This document shows positions 50,201 through 62,836 of a stretch of DNA of 64,000 nt, in pieces (positions within the stretch are counted from its first letter, which is position 1; each line of letters begins with the position of its first letter). Below the pieces are notes generated by a model. That model made no database searches. It was given only the letters and a program-made list of their open reading frames with translations, and had not been told where the DNA came from. A program made the position numbers and the translations under genes. The stretch spans positions 102,734,001 to 102,798,000 of the forward strand of contig NC_043004.1 in assembly GCF_006345805.1 (NCBI RefSeq), read 5' to 3'. This DNA comes from Octopus sinensis. Its lineage: Eukaryota.

Positions 50201-50624
50201 TGCATGTGGTAGAACTTAATGCATGTCACCTAATCTTTAAAAAACAAAAAGATTTTTCATTTTCAAACTGAGAAATAAACACCAATGGTTCATAAAATAA
50301 TATTGTAAAGTCACCATTATAGTCTTAGTGCTAGAGTGTTATTATGTTAGTCCACAGCATTACATACTGCAATGTTATAGTGTTAGCTACTAAAATGTCA
50401 CTATATTACACATCACAACTACTAAGGATGTATTTAGTATTCATTAAGCAACACTACGTTATAAGCATTATAAGTAAAAAAAAAAAAAGTTTTGTTCTGC
50501 ACATCCATCTGCAGATTTTACAAGCAACAAAAACAGTTTATAACAGCAAATATGACCATGATGATATTTAAAAATAAGAATGTGCAATGAATTATGAAGA
50601 AGGAGAAAATGTGTGTCACAAATG

Positions 50625-51472
50625 TGAGAGACGAGAGCGAGAGAGAGAGAAAGGTGAGAGAGAGAGAAAAGTGAGAGAGAGAGAGAAAGGGAGAGAGAGA
50701 GAGGAGGAGAGAGAGAGAGAAAGGGAGAGAGAGAGAAGGAGAGAGAGAAAGGAGAGAGAGAGAAAGGAGAGAGGAGAGAAGGGAGAGAGAGAGAGAAAGG
50801 GGAGAGAGAGATGAAGAGAGAGAGGGAGGAGGAGAGAGATGAGAGAGAGAGGGAGGAGGAGAAAGATGAGAGAGAGAGGGAGAGACGAGGGAGAGAGGGA
50901 GAGACGAGGGAGAGAGGGAGTGAGACGAGGGAGAGAGAGAAAGGGGGAGAGATGAGGGAGGAGGAGAGAGAGATGAGGGAGGAGGAGAGAGAGATGACGG
51001 AGAGAAAGAGTGAGAGATGACGAAGAGAAAGAGTGAGAGGTGACGGAGAGAAAGAGTGAGAGGTGACGGAGAGAAAGAGTGAGAGGTGACGGAGAGAAAG
51101 AGTGAGAGGTGACGGAGAGAAAGAGTGAGAGGTGACGGAGAGAAAGAGTGAGAGGTGACGGAGAGAAAGAGTGAGAGGTGACGGAGAGAAAGAGTGAGAG
51201 GTGACGGAGAGAAAGAGTGAGAGGTGACGGAGAAAGAGTGAGAGGTGACGGAGAGAAGAGGTGACGTGAGAGAAAGAGTGAGAGGTGACGGAGAGAAAGA
51301 GTGAGAGGTGACGGAGAGAAAGAGTGAGAGGTGACGGAGAGAAAGAGTGAGAGATGACGGAGAGAAAGAGTGAGAGATGACGGAGAGAAAGAGTGAGAGA
51401 TGACGGAGAGAGAGAGTGAGAGATGACGGAGAGAGAGAGATTGACAGATGAGGGAGAGAGAGAGATGAGAGG
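50625..51472. repeat. GA-rich purine tract grading into a 23-bp minisatellite
   Basis: Unit GAGAGAAAGAGTGAGAGGTGACG tandemly repeated over ~50990-51430. Confidence 0.95.
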
Positions 51473-51766
51473 ACTGCATTGAAATATATAATGTAAACAG
51501 ATGATACCTGTTAGGTTAGTATTGAATAGGTGATGCTTGGTTGAAGATGAGTTGAAAATAGAATTAGATTCCAGAAAGTTAAGACATTCACTACTGGCAG
51601 ATGTCTACGATTGGGATATGTAGAACGATGGTTCAAGAAACACATTACGACACACACACACACCACACACACAAAATATGATAATGATGTGATACGAGGA
51701 TAATATAGTTTGAATTATCAGAGGAGAGATTGAAAAAAAAAAAAAATATATATATATATATATATA

Positions 51767-51937
51767 GGCGCAGGAGTAGCTGTGTGGTGAGTAGCTTGCT
51801 AACCAACCACATGGTTCCGGGTTCAGTCCCACTGCGTGGCACCTTGGGCAAGTGTCTTCTACTATAGCCTCGGGCCGACCAATGCTTTGTGAGTGGATTT
51901 GGTAGATGGAAACTGAAAGAAGCCTGTCGTATATATG

Positions 51938-51970
<33 letters not shown>

Positions 51971-52203
51971 ATGTGTTTGTGTGTCTGTGTTTGTCCCCCT
52001 AGCATTGCTTGACAACCAATGCAGGTGTGTTTATGTCCCCGTCACTTAGCGGTTCGGCAAAAAGAGACCGATAGAATAAGTACTGGGCTTACAAAGAATA
52101 AGTCCCGGGGTCGATTTGCTCGACTAAAGGCGGTGCTCCAGCATGGCCGCAGTCAAATGACAAACAAGTAAAAGAGTAAAAGAGAGAGAGAGAGAGTAAA
52201 GAG
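51767..52203 (+). mobile_element. Family A SINE, full length
   Basis: Complete head, core, microsatellite middle and tail; between (TA)n tracts. Confidence 0.93.
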
Positions 52204-52777
52204 TATATATATAACTGAATTTCTCATAAAAACAAGAATTAATCAATGCAATGTTTCAGCAGGAGGAAATAAACTAGTAAATGCTATGTGCTGTGACATA
52301 ATAACGCTTAGCTTTAATGTGAACTCTTAAACTGAACTCATCACCAACATTGCTGTTTACAAGAGCTAAGAGCGTGATGACTAGTTGTCAATAAACACTC
52401 CATAATATATCCTATAATGCTTAGAGTGTACAGTATTGATCCGTTGATAAATCTAGCAAATGCATTAGTTGGTCAGCAACAGTTGTTAAGGTTTCAACCA
52501 AGCTATACCAGTGCAATGGCAATGAATGTATCAATATTTACTTTTATCACAAATTTCAAATTCATAACATTTTAGCTAAAAGAAAAACCAGCTTTTTTTT
52601 TTCCTTGTGCTATGAACTCTTGGAATTGGTGTCTTTCATACTCTCGGTTATAAAAAAACAAAATTGCTTTGTGCTTAAGAAAGAAATCAATAGACATTAG
52701 TTTGGTAGGATTTGAATTTACTGTTACAAGTTCAAATCCCACCCAAGTCTGCTTTGATTTTTCCATCACATACCTTT

Positions 52778-53175
52778 AGGCACAGGTGTGGCTGTGTGGG
52801 TTAGAAGCTTGATTCCCAACCATATAGTTTTGGGTTCAGTCCTAATGCATTAGTACCTTGGGCAAGTGTCTACTATAGTCATGGATCAACCAAAGCCTTG
52901 TGCATGGATTTTGTAAGCAGAAACTGAAAGATGACCATCATATATGTATGTGTGTGTGTATTTGTTTCTCTTAGTCTTGCCATCACATAACTGTGAATAT
53001 GTCATTGTCATTTCCAATATTCTATGAAAACTTGTCTGGGCCATGGGTTGATATTACTCTGCTTGGAAACAATTGAAGGTTAGCAACAGGAAGGGCATCC
53101 AGCCATAAAAAAATAAAAGACCTATCTCAATGAACTTTGTCCAACCCATGCAAGTATGGAAAAATAGACAATGAT
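52778..53175 (+). mobile_element. SINE with family A head and RTE-type tail
   Basis: GTGGCTGTGTGG head...CAGGAAGGGCATCCAGCC...CCAACCCATGCAAG. Confidence 0.75.
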
Positions 53176-53867
53176 ACAGATATCTTTCTTCCTTACCAGG
53201 CCACAACTAGATTTATTTGCAGGTCAGACAATCACAATAGCTTAATTTTAACTTTCAAAGTTTGGTTATGAAATCTTACATGAAGTTTTAGAATAGCCAA
53301 AGACAAAACAGCAGATTTATCTCCACCCAACCAAAATCAGTTTTCTATCTTGATATACAAATATGCTTTGACGAGATTCTTAATATTTTTTTTCTAAATA
53401 TTTGTGTCTATTTAACAGATCATTGACTATTTTTTTTTTTCTCCAGTCAAATACATGTGTGTATGAAAGGATCAATAAAGACAAATATTCATTGTTTAAA
53501 TCAGAAACACACAGTCTTCAGTGAATTAAGAATAGGATTATCTTCATTACGTCAGTCAGTAACGGTGGTCAGGCTAACACTGCCTAATTAGATCATACCT
53601 CAGTTTCTCTCTATTTGTGGAAAATATCCAAGCAAAACACTGAAATGACTTAAAAGTCCTCTAATTGGCATCCTTTACAATAACTAACAAGAGTATCAGA
53701 CACTTCCGTAAAACAAAACAGAACAATAACAGGAAGGAATAAGGAAAACAACAACAGAAAGAAAAATAGAGCAAAACAGCCCAAACAATAACATTTTCTT
53801 TTCTTTTTTAATACTTTTCTCAAAAGTATGAACAAAACTGTACACAAATTATGATAATAAAATTCTA

Positions 53868-54190
53868 TTATTACCTCCGCCTTAGCAGAGATATATTGTT
53901 TTCAGTCATGTTTGTTTGTTTGTCCATGAACAAGATATCTCAAGAATAACTGGATGGATTCAGATGATTAGATTAGAACTGATTAGATTTTGGGATCAAT
54001 CCGGTACCAGACAAGGATTCTGGATTATTTTTCCTGTTGTTTTACTTAATTTTTGAGAGCAATTGGGTAGTATTCTTGTTTGTGAAAGCAGTCGAGTTTC
54101 TTTCAGATATTCTCATTTTAAAAATTGGCAAAATTGTTGAGAGGATGTTGGTGTTGCCTTGGCAGAGGTTTGCACTTTCTGAGTGCTCTT
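53868..54190 (+). mobile_element. Helentron-associated (HINE-like) non-autonomous element
   Basis: Subterminal inverted repeats ACCTCCGCC / GGCAGAGGT, (TTTG)n near the 5' end, 3' hairpin GCACT-TTCTG-AGTGC, T-rich flanks. Confidence 0.6.
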
Positions 54191-57159
54191 ATTATTATTA
54201 TTATTATGGTACAGGAATAGTTGTGTGGTTAAGAAGTTCACTATGCAATCATACAGTGTCAGATTCAGTTCAACTGTATGGCACCTTAAAAAAGTGTTTC
54301 CTATTAAAGGCTTGGACCAATCGATGCTTTACGACTGGAATAGGTAGATGGAAACTATAGTATATACATGAAGTTGTCACTTCCACTGCTTCCCATGAGA
54401 TTGCCTGAATTATGAATAATGTCGAATTAATCTTTCTGACAAACATTAACAGCCTGTAACTATGTGGTTCTGCAGTTGAATTCCAAGGGAAAAAAAATCC
54501 CTTACTTGAAAATTGCCTCAAATATCTATTCAACCAATGCAAGCTTAGAAAAACTGGCATAAAACGAAGAAATACATTGATTCCTAACTAGGTATAAGAT
54601 CGCCCACTTAAAGGAAGGAAACAGCTGATTATATTGACTCCAGTATCTATTTATATATATTTCATAATATATATTTTGAGAACAATAGTGTTGTTGGCCA
54701 TAAGTTTCCAACTGAACAATAACTAGTTCACAGCATTTTCAATGGTAAAAATGAAAAGAGAGTGCTCGTGTGATTCAGGTGAAATAACCACTGCAAGGTA
54801 TTATTTGGTATTATTTTCATAATGTATTGGCTTATTGGCAATATTCACAAGATGCTAACTACATTCACTGATTTATAACAATGAAAAATGCACACTAACA
54901 TGCACATATATACACAATGGGCTTTCACACAGTTCCCCACACTAACAAGGTAGGCATTGGTCAATCTGAAGCTACACAAGAATACACTTGACCAATACAC
55001 TGTGCAGTGAATCTGAACTCAATACCATGTTGTTGTAAAGCAAACTTCTAAACCACATAGCCATGGCTGGTACTTATTTTATTGAACACTGAAAGGATGA
55101 TGATCAAAGTCAGCCCTAATAAGACTGGAACCCAAAGTGCGAAGACAGAAGTACACTAGAAGAGCAAAACATTGCATGGTTTCTTAAACAGATATAAGTC
55201 TTAGACAAAATATCTTAATGCAATAATTTCATTTTAACTTTTCAAACGTTCAACATACATGTATATCATCATCATCAAACATTCCCAAATTAGAATGAAT
55301 AAGGAATTGTTAGTTACTGTAGATAAACAACAAAATTAGGGACATGAAGAATATGGCTAAACTTTGAAGTCGATAGAACAAACCAATAAAAATTAAGAAG
55401 CAAATAAGAAAACATAAGTGAAAATTGACAAAATAATTGCAGAGAATTATATCTGATAGAATGAATGGCAAAGTCTGCCAAAAGAATGCTGGGAAAATAC
55501 AATGAAATATAAAGTATTTTACCAGCATTAAGGATATTTTCCTACCTATTTGTAATGAAGTGTTGTATTCAATGAACAATTGACTGGAAAATTAGCCTGA
55601 ATGCTTGCAACAGAGGAAACTCCAGTAAAGGCACCAATGGTACAAGGTGCTGGTGTTAAACAGGTTAAGTCTACAACTCAAGTAAGCCATGGTGGGATTT
55701 GAACTCAGAAAGCAAAGAGTGACTACAAATACCACAAGGCATCTGACCAGAATTCTTATAGTTCTACCAATCCACCACCTTGGATTGATTCTGAAGATGA
55801 AAGGTGAAGTTAACCCGAATGGGATATGAGCACAGAGCACTGGAACAAATACCATGAAGCATTCTATCCAGAACTCTAATAACTGCTTATTCATTGCAGG
55901 AAAATTATATACAGGCGGTGAACAAATGTTCAGAGATTAACTATTTTCTGACTCCAAAGAAGAAACTTAGTCAGTCTTGGAATAATACCTTTTAGTTGTG
56001 ACGGAGATGTATGGTCACCATGAAAGGTCATTAGACATTTGCAGGATTTGAAGGTTTTGCACCAGGTAGGCTCTGGTCAAGCAGACTTATCAAAGATGCT
56101 CGATATATGACCATTACATCTTATTTTCAGTATATCTGGCACTACACATCCTATTTATCCTTTTTTTTTTTTAAAGATGGCAAGGTGTCAATTGAAGGCA
56201 ATCTGGATGCTGTTTCTAATACATTAAGCAACCACATAGAAAATACCCCATTAGCTCAAAACAAGTTAAGTGGAGGTGTAGAGGTACTCTTATTGATTTG
56301 TGTAGTTACACGCAGTTTATAGAACAGAAGAAAGTTACTCCTATTAGCTAAAATTTAGAGTTACATATTTAGGTGCAGATATCAAATAACTGGAATTGTG
56401 AATTTTAGAAATGAAACTGTTTCTTAAATGGATGATTTTAGAAAAATTGATTATTTAATATAGTTTTGTTACTTGTTAAGTAACTGTCAGTGTTACATCT
56501 GATGACCCCAGGCTATTAGTAATCAAATCCTATAAAATGGTTTGTAATGATAATTTCAGTCTACAAATAATGTTGACTTTATATATTAATTGGGACCTTG
56601 CTTCTAGTGGTTTACAAGTTATGTAGCACATGACGACTCCCAACCATTGGCAGAGCCACTCCCATTATTTTCAATCACCACAATTATTTCAACAACCAGC
56701 TTTACAAACCAAATTTATGTTACTGAATGTAAATCCTTACTATAGTTGTAATTATCTGGCAATTAGGCAGTTATTCTGGTTATCAGCAACATCATTATCA
56801 ATTACAGCAAGTTTTACAAATGTTTTCTAAATGTGACAAGTTACACAAAAATGCAAATAAAAATGTTTTGTCATAGCCCCTATAAGACTATGCCTGTAAG
56901 AACCATCTTCTTTAGATACATTGTTCCAAGTTTTCATTGACTAATCCAAATTTTGTATTCACTTGTATTCCTTATATTAAACGCCCATACTTGTGTAATT
57001 AAATTTCATCCATATATCAGACAAAACTTGTTTTAAGCATCAAAAGGTCTTTCAAACTTACTTGTATCTTTTCTGTCTCACAAGGTTTCAAACAAAGTGA
57101 GAAACTAGAACTATGCCAACAGTTAACAGCTATGAACTGCAACAGACTTACATGTGAAA

Positions 57160-57611
57160 GTTGTTGAGGCAAGTGAAAATCAAACCAAATCAAAATCGAT
57201 GAACATCAATGGAATTTGTATCTTTGTGGTACCAGTGCCGGTGGCACATAAGAAAACCATCCGAACGTGGCCGTAGCCAGTACCGCATCAACTGGCCTCC
57301 GTGCCGATGGCACGTAAAAAACACCATCCGAGCGTGGCCGTTCACCAGCCTCGTTTGGCACCTGTGTCGGTGGCACATAAAAAGCACCATCCGAGCGTGG
57401 CCGTTCGCCAGCCTCGTCTGGCACCTGTGTCGGTGGCACATAAAAAGCACCCACTACACTCACGGAGTGGTTGGCGTTAGGAAGGGCATCCAGCTGTAGA
57501 AACACTGCCAGATCTGACTGGCCTGGTGCAGCCTTCGGGCTTCCCAGACCCCAGTTGAACCGTCCAACCCATGCTAGCATGGAAAGTGGACATTAAACGA
57601 TGATGATGATG
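57160..57611 (+). mobile_element. Family B RTE 3' UTR, single unamplified copy
   Basis: Colinear with the last unit of the 24771-27436 array. Confidence 0.9.
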
Positions 57612-57884
57612 TAGAACTTCTAAAATAAGTGGGTGAGAGAATGGATCCTAAAATCATAGAATACAAGCAATATAAAAATGCATAACAATACAGGAGACCA
57701 TGATATTCTGGAGAAAATGCTTTCATAAGGTATTTATAAGAGGGGGTTAATGCTGTTGAATGAATTGAAAAACTAGAGAATTAAATGAAGGAATGATGGT
57801 TAAGAGTGCTAGCTAGATAGTCGTCGTTTTCAGATATCACTGCTTCTATATGATGCTGCTAAGCAAAGCACCAAATATAGATCT

Positions 57885-58092
57885 TAAAGTTTGGCACAAG
57901 GGCAGCAATTTAGGGAGAGGGAGTTGATTGCATTGCCCCCTCAATACTCAACTGGTACTTATTTTATCAACTCTGAAAGGATGAAAGACAAAGTTGACTT
58001 TGGTGGAATTTGAACTCACAACATAAGGATGGACGAAATGGCACTAAGTATTTTGCCCAGCATGCTAACATTTCTACCAGCTCACCACCTTC
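57885..58092 (-). mobile_element. Family C SINE
   Basis: CTGGTACTTATTTTATC...GAAAGGATGAAAG...GAATTTGAACTC. Confidence 0.8.
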
Positions 58093-58611
58093 ATAACACC
58101 TGATATTGAAATGGAAATATGATAGTAAGTATTAACAAGTAAATGCAATGAAGAACACTGTGTGGAAATGGAAAATATTAAAGTCTGGAGTATAGGCTCT
58201 AAGTCAAGATAGAGACAAGAGAAAACTGAAGCAGGATTGGGGGGGGGCGGTCAAATCCATGTGTCAAAATAATAAATGAATGAAAAAAGAGAATAGATAA
58301 GGATGTGGTTACCAAATAGAAGACAGTGGAGACATACTAAATATGAACAAAAAGAAGAGTAAGAAGCAGAAGAGTAGGTAAATATATTAACCAGTATGAA
58401 TATGCAAATGTGCAGACATAATAGTATGTGTATGTGGACATGTGAGTGGTAGAGCCAAGCAGTATCAATGAGTGCTGCTGTACATAACTTTGAGGTCCAC
58501 TTTGACAAGCTTGCATGGCTCAAATGGAGTTTATTGAGGCAAATTTTCTAGGGCAGGATAGCCCTCTTGTCACCAACCCACATTTCTCCTTATTATATAT
58601 ATATTGCTTGT

Positions 58612-58997
58612 AGGCGTAGAAGTGGCTGTGTGGTAATTAGCTTGCTGACCAACCACATGGTTCCGGGTTCAGTCCCACTGCGTGGCACCTTGGGCAAGTG
58701 TCTTCTACTATAGCTCGGGACAACCAAAGCCTTCTGAGTGAAGTTGGTAGACGGAAACTGAAAGAAGCCCGTCGTATATATGTATATATATATATGTGTG
58801 TGTGTGTCTGTGTTTGTCCCCCTAGCATTGCTTGACAACCGATGCTGGTGTGTTTACGTCGCCGTCACTTAGCGGTTCGGCAAAAGAGACAGAATAAGTA
58901 CTGGGCTTACAAAGAATAAGTCCCGGGGTCGATTTGTTCGACTAAAGGCAGTGCTCCAGCATGGCCGCAGTCAAATGACTGAAACAAGTAAAGGAGT
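58612..58997 (+). mobile_element. Family A SINE, full length
   Basis: Complete head to tail. Confidence 0.92.
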
Positions 58998-59542
58998 ATA
59001 TATATATAACAAAATAAAACAAAATTAAAAGATTCAGAGATGGAGTGCATTAACACTGAGAAATAGATTTCTGGAACAAATATTTTTTCCAGGAAAGATA
59101 TCAAGGTGAGATAAAAACTGAAAAAAAATTTGCTACAAAATTTGTCAGCTGTTTCAAAGGTATTTCAACAATTTACCTGGGATTAGTACATGACAGGAAA
59201 AGGATTAAGTTTCAATAGAGTACAGTGATATCTGTAAGGGAAACAAGACTGAGGGAACTTTTAGATAGTTACATAGTTTGCGAGAAATAGCAGGTAAATT
59301 TTCTTTGACTCGCACTCTGCTGTTTTAAAAAGCAAAATGGTATATTGGACAGTATCGTCCAAGATATACAAAAAAAAAAAAAAAAAAAAAAATTGATAAT
59401 GGATAGAATATATTTAATCACATCTATTCAATCAAGTATGACCAGGAGCTAAACGACCATAACTAGACTAAACGAAAGACAATAAGGGAGTTTCAATGTG
59501 GCTGTTTGAGCTGCTAGAAATAGTTAAATCCCTCATATCACA

Positions 59543-59586
<44 letters not shown>

Positions 59587-59589
<3 letters not shown>

Positions 59590-59980
59590 TGGTAGCCATG
59601 ATAAAACTCTGAGTTTCAGATGTCAGGGTGGAAATCCACACCACCATCTCTTCAGTTATCCGGCCATCAGAAAAAATGCTATGAAAATGACCGTTAAACA
59701 AAGTGAGGGGAGGGAGTAAAAGGGGGTAAAAATGTTCATTGTATTCCCGTAAGCGCGCATGTCCATACCTACACATGCGCACCCAGTCATTCAAATAGCT
59801 CGTGTCTTAATAACGGTCAATCACACAGTAATTTCCCTTTGTTTAACGGTTAATTTCATAGCATTTTTTCCGATGGCCGGATAACTGAAGAGATGGCGGC
59901 GTGGATTTCCACCCCGACATCCGAAACTCATGGCTCGAGGTCTCTTTCATTCTTTTGTTGTCTTACCATTTCTATCAAAA
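59587..59980. mobile_element. Penelope-like fold-back cassette between (TA)n tracts
   Basis: Inverted arms 59595-59703 / 59837-59934, each carrying a hammerhead core; interrupts a family D repeat. Confidence 0.75.
59595..59664 (-). ncRNA. Type I hammerhead ribozyme motif, complete
   Basis: GCCG-GAUAA-CUGAAGA-GAUG(22 nt)CAUC-U-GAAA-CUC(A)GAG-UU|UUAUC-A-UGGC: all three helices pair; predicted cleavage between 59605 and 59604. Confidence 0.75.
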
Positions 59981-60928
59981 TATATATATATAAGAAAGGA
60001 GGCATTAGATAATATAGTCCCGAATACCTATATTTTAAAACAAGTCAAGGTTGTAACATCACAGATGATCTGAAGTTAATAACAACTACATTAAATATAG
60101 ATAAACGATGTTCAAAATCTGAACTACCAGCCAATAAAGCTTTTCACTTAAATGATTTATTACTTAGGACTATTAAGAACAGGTGATGGTACAATATGAT
60201 GTTCATGTCATTTCTAAGGTAATATCATGTAAGCTGAATCTGCCAAACAAATTGCAATTATTTTAAGGTGTAACATTTCCTTCATTGAGTTTGAGAGAAA
60301 GAGTTAGGGAGAATAAGAGGGAGAGAGGTACATAGTAAAGGGATAGAGATAAGAGGACACCATACCAAAAAAGAAGAGAAAGGTCAAGAAAGAGAGACTT
60401 TGATTACTTCTGACCATTTGAAGTATGGAAGATTATAAAGACCCAAAAGATAGAATGCAGTAAAGATCTGAACTATGCAAAAGCGTAAAAAAGAAAAATT
60501 GATCCATTGTAAAGAAATACCAACTCAAAAAAGTGCAATCACAACAGACAATCCCAAGAGATGACTGAGATGGTAATAGACAATTGTGCCAGCCAGATTG
60601 CAAGGAAAGTAGCTATTATGTACCAGATGGTTAGAGCAATGAATCCAACCACACTATGAATGACTAACAGAACATGTCCATATGTATTTAGTTTCCTTGT
60701 GAAATTAGGTTATGAAGTTAAGCCACGTTTGGTGGAGGTGGTAGTGTTGTTGATGGCTTTGAATGAGGATCAAACTGATTACTTTTTGCTATGATAGCAG
60801 CTCATCAGGATTCTGTCTTTCTCTTTCTTGTTTCTTTGGTTACCTTTCCAAGTTGTAGAGCATTAGAAGTAGAGAGTGGTTTAATGAAATGCAAACTGAA
60901 TTCTCTCAAGGATAATTTATATAATTAA

Positions 60929-61343
60929 GCACAGGCATGGCTGTGTGGTAAGAAGCTTGCCTCTCAACCATTTGATTCCAGGTTCGGTTCCACTGTGTGG
61001 CACCTTGGGCAAGTGTCTTCTACTATAGCCTCCAGTCAACCAAAACCTTATGACTGGATGTGGTGGATGGAAACTGAAAGCAGCACATAGTGTATGTGTG
61101 TGTGGATTGTGTGTGTCATTGTGTCTGCCTTTGTCCCACCACTATTACCACTTGACAACAAGTGTTGATGTATTCATATCCCCATAACTTAGCAGTTAGG
61201 CAAAAGACACTGATAGAATAAGTACCAGGCTTTTTTTTAAACGAAAATTAAGAACTGGGATCGATTCATCCAACTAAAATTTTTCAAGGCAGTGCCCTAG
61301 CATGGTCGCAGTCTAAAGACTGAAACAAGTAAAGGATAAAAGA
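60929..61343 (+). mobile_element. Older family A SINE
   Basis: TGGCTGTGTGGTAAG head, core block, (GATAAAA)n tail. Confidence 0.85.
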
Positions 61344-61786
61344 TAATGATGTTACAAGGTTTATGGCCTGTCAATAATCATTACCGTACCCGATATAACA
61401 TGGCATATGAATAAATATCTAAACAATTATCCAGCAGTTTGGGAAGTGGGAAGTAAATAAATCCTGACAAGCAGGAAAATAAAAATTAGTTGGTTTAATT
61501 CTCATTTTATGTTATTGCAAAAGCAAAAGCTAACCATAGGGCCTAATTTTACAGTGCATCTAATAATATGTGGATATGAACCTATAAACATATTTATGTA
61601 TTAGCCACACTGCATTAGAAAGCATCCTCATAATATATACTATACATTGGTATATGCTACTTTGTGTACCATCTCATCAGCTACCAAAATGAGTATAAAG
61701 TTCTAACTACAATAAATATTTGCTAGTAGAAAAACTACTTAAAAACCAACCTAATGGCAACTGATTATTACACAGTAAATGTAACA

Positions 61787-62131
61787 GGCGCATGTGAAGG
61801 TTGGTTCAGTGGTTATAGTGTCGGTCTTACAATCATGAGGTTGTGCATTTCATTCTCAGACCAGGATGTGTATTGTTTTTGAGCAAGACACTTTATGTCA
61901 TGTTGCTCCAGTTCACTCATCTGTAGAAATGAATTGCGAGGTCACTGGTGCCAAGCTGTATCAGCCATTGCCTTTTCCTTGGACAACATTGGTGGCAAGG
62001 AGATGGGAGACTGGTATGCATGGGCGATTGCTGGTCTTCCACAAACAATCCTGCCTGGACTTGTGCCTCGGAGAAGAACTTTCTAGGTGCAATCCCATGG
62101 TCATTCATGACTGAAGTGGGTCTTTACCCTT
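61787..62131 (+). mobile_element. Distinct tRNA-derived SINE
   Basis: TGGTTCAGTGGTTATAG A box, TTGAGCAAGACACTT core-like motif, CTTTACCCTT tail; related relic at ~47040-47172(-). Confidence 0.65.
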
Positions 62132-62609
62132 TAAATGTAACAGCCAAATCTCTTACAAACAGCACCTTACAAAATAACACATTGCATAAAGAAAAGACAC
62201 ATTAGACAATGTGGTGCCTTTTTTGCTTTGCTTCTTTTTTTTTTATACCACTCAGAAATAGAAGGGTAGCATTCATGACCTTTTTTTTTCCAGGACTTCT
62301 AAGATAGGTGAGAGAAAGAAAGTTATCCTCAAATTGGAGACCTAACCTGAATGCTTGCAACATTGAGAGCTCTACTAAAGGCACCCAAGGACCAGGTAAT
62401 GGTATTAAACCAGATAATGGATCAAGTCTACCACCAAGAACTCACAGCCTTGAAAACAAAATGGACATAGCAGAAATAACTTTGATAAGCCTGCTCAATT
62501 GGTGTTGTCAGAGGGCTAAACAACATTACAAAAGCAATGACGCCATCTACTGTGTAATTATACACATTTCTCTCACAGAAAATATATACCAGCTGCTTCC
62601 ATTAACAAT

Positions 62610-62836
62610 TTAACCCACTGAGCATTCAGATCATTCTGCCAAATGTAACACTTATTTATTCACGTTATTTGGAATTAATCATTCATTATCTCATAGCTTT
62701 GATATTTCCATGTGATTTTATTTTTTTTAAATGACATTGTAGGGTAGATGTGAGAGGCTGGATCTCATCAGTCTTAACATAAAACAGGTAGAATGGTTGG
62801 GCTGGATATGACCAGTTTTCAATGCTAAGGGGTTAA
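62610..62836. mobile_element. Uninterrupted TTAA-flanked (piggyBac-like) MITE
   Basis: TTAACCC...GGGGTTAA termini, 227 bp; reverse orientation relative to 6406-7089. Confidence 0.8.

Noticed and set aside
50587-51479. 287-aa minus ORF and Glu/Arg-rich plus ORFs
   Set aside because: Direct translations of the GA tract and 23-bp minisatellite
51767-51840. tRNA genes
   Set aside because: A/B boxes here and elsewhere are SINE heads continuing into SINE bodies; no complete cloverleaf seen
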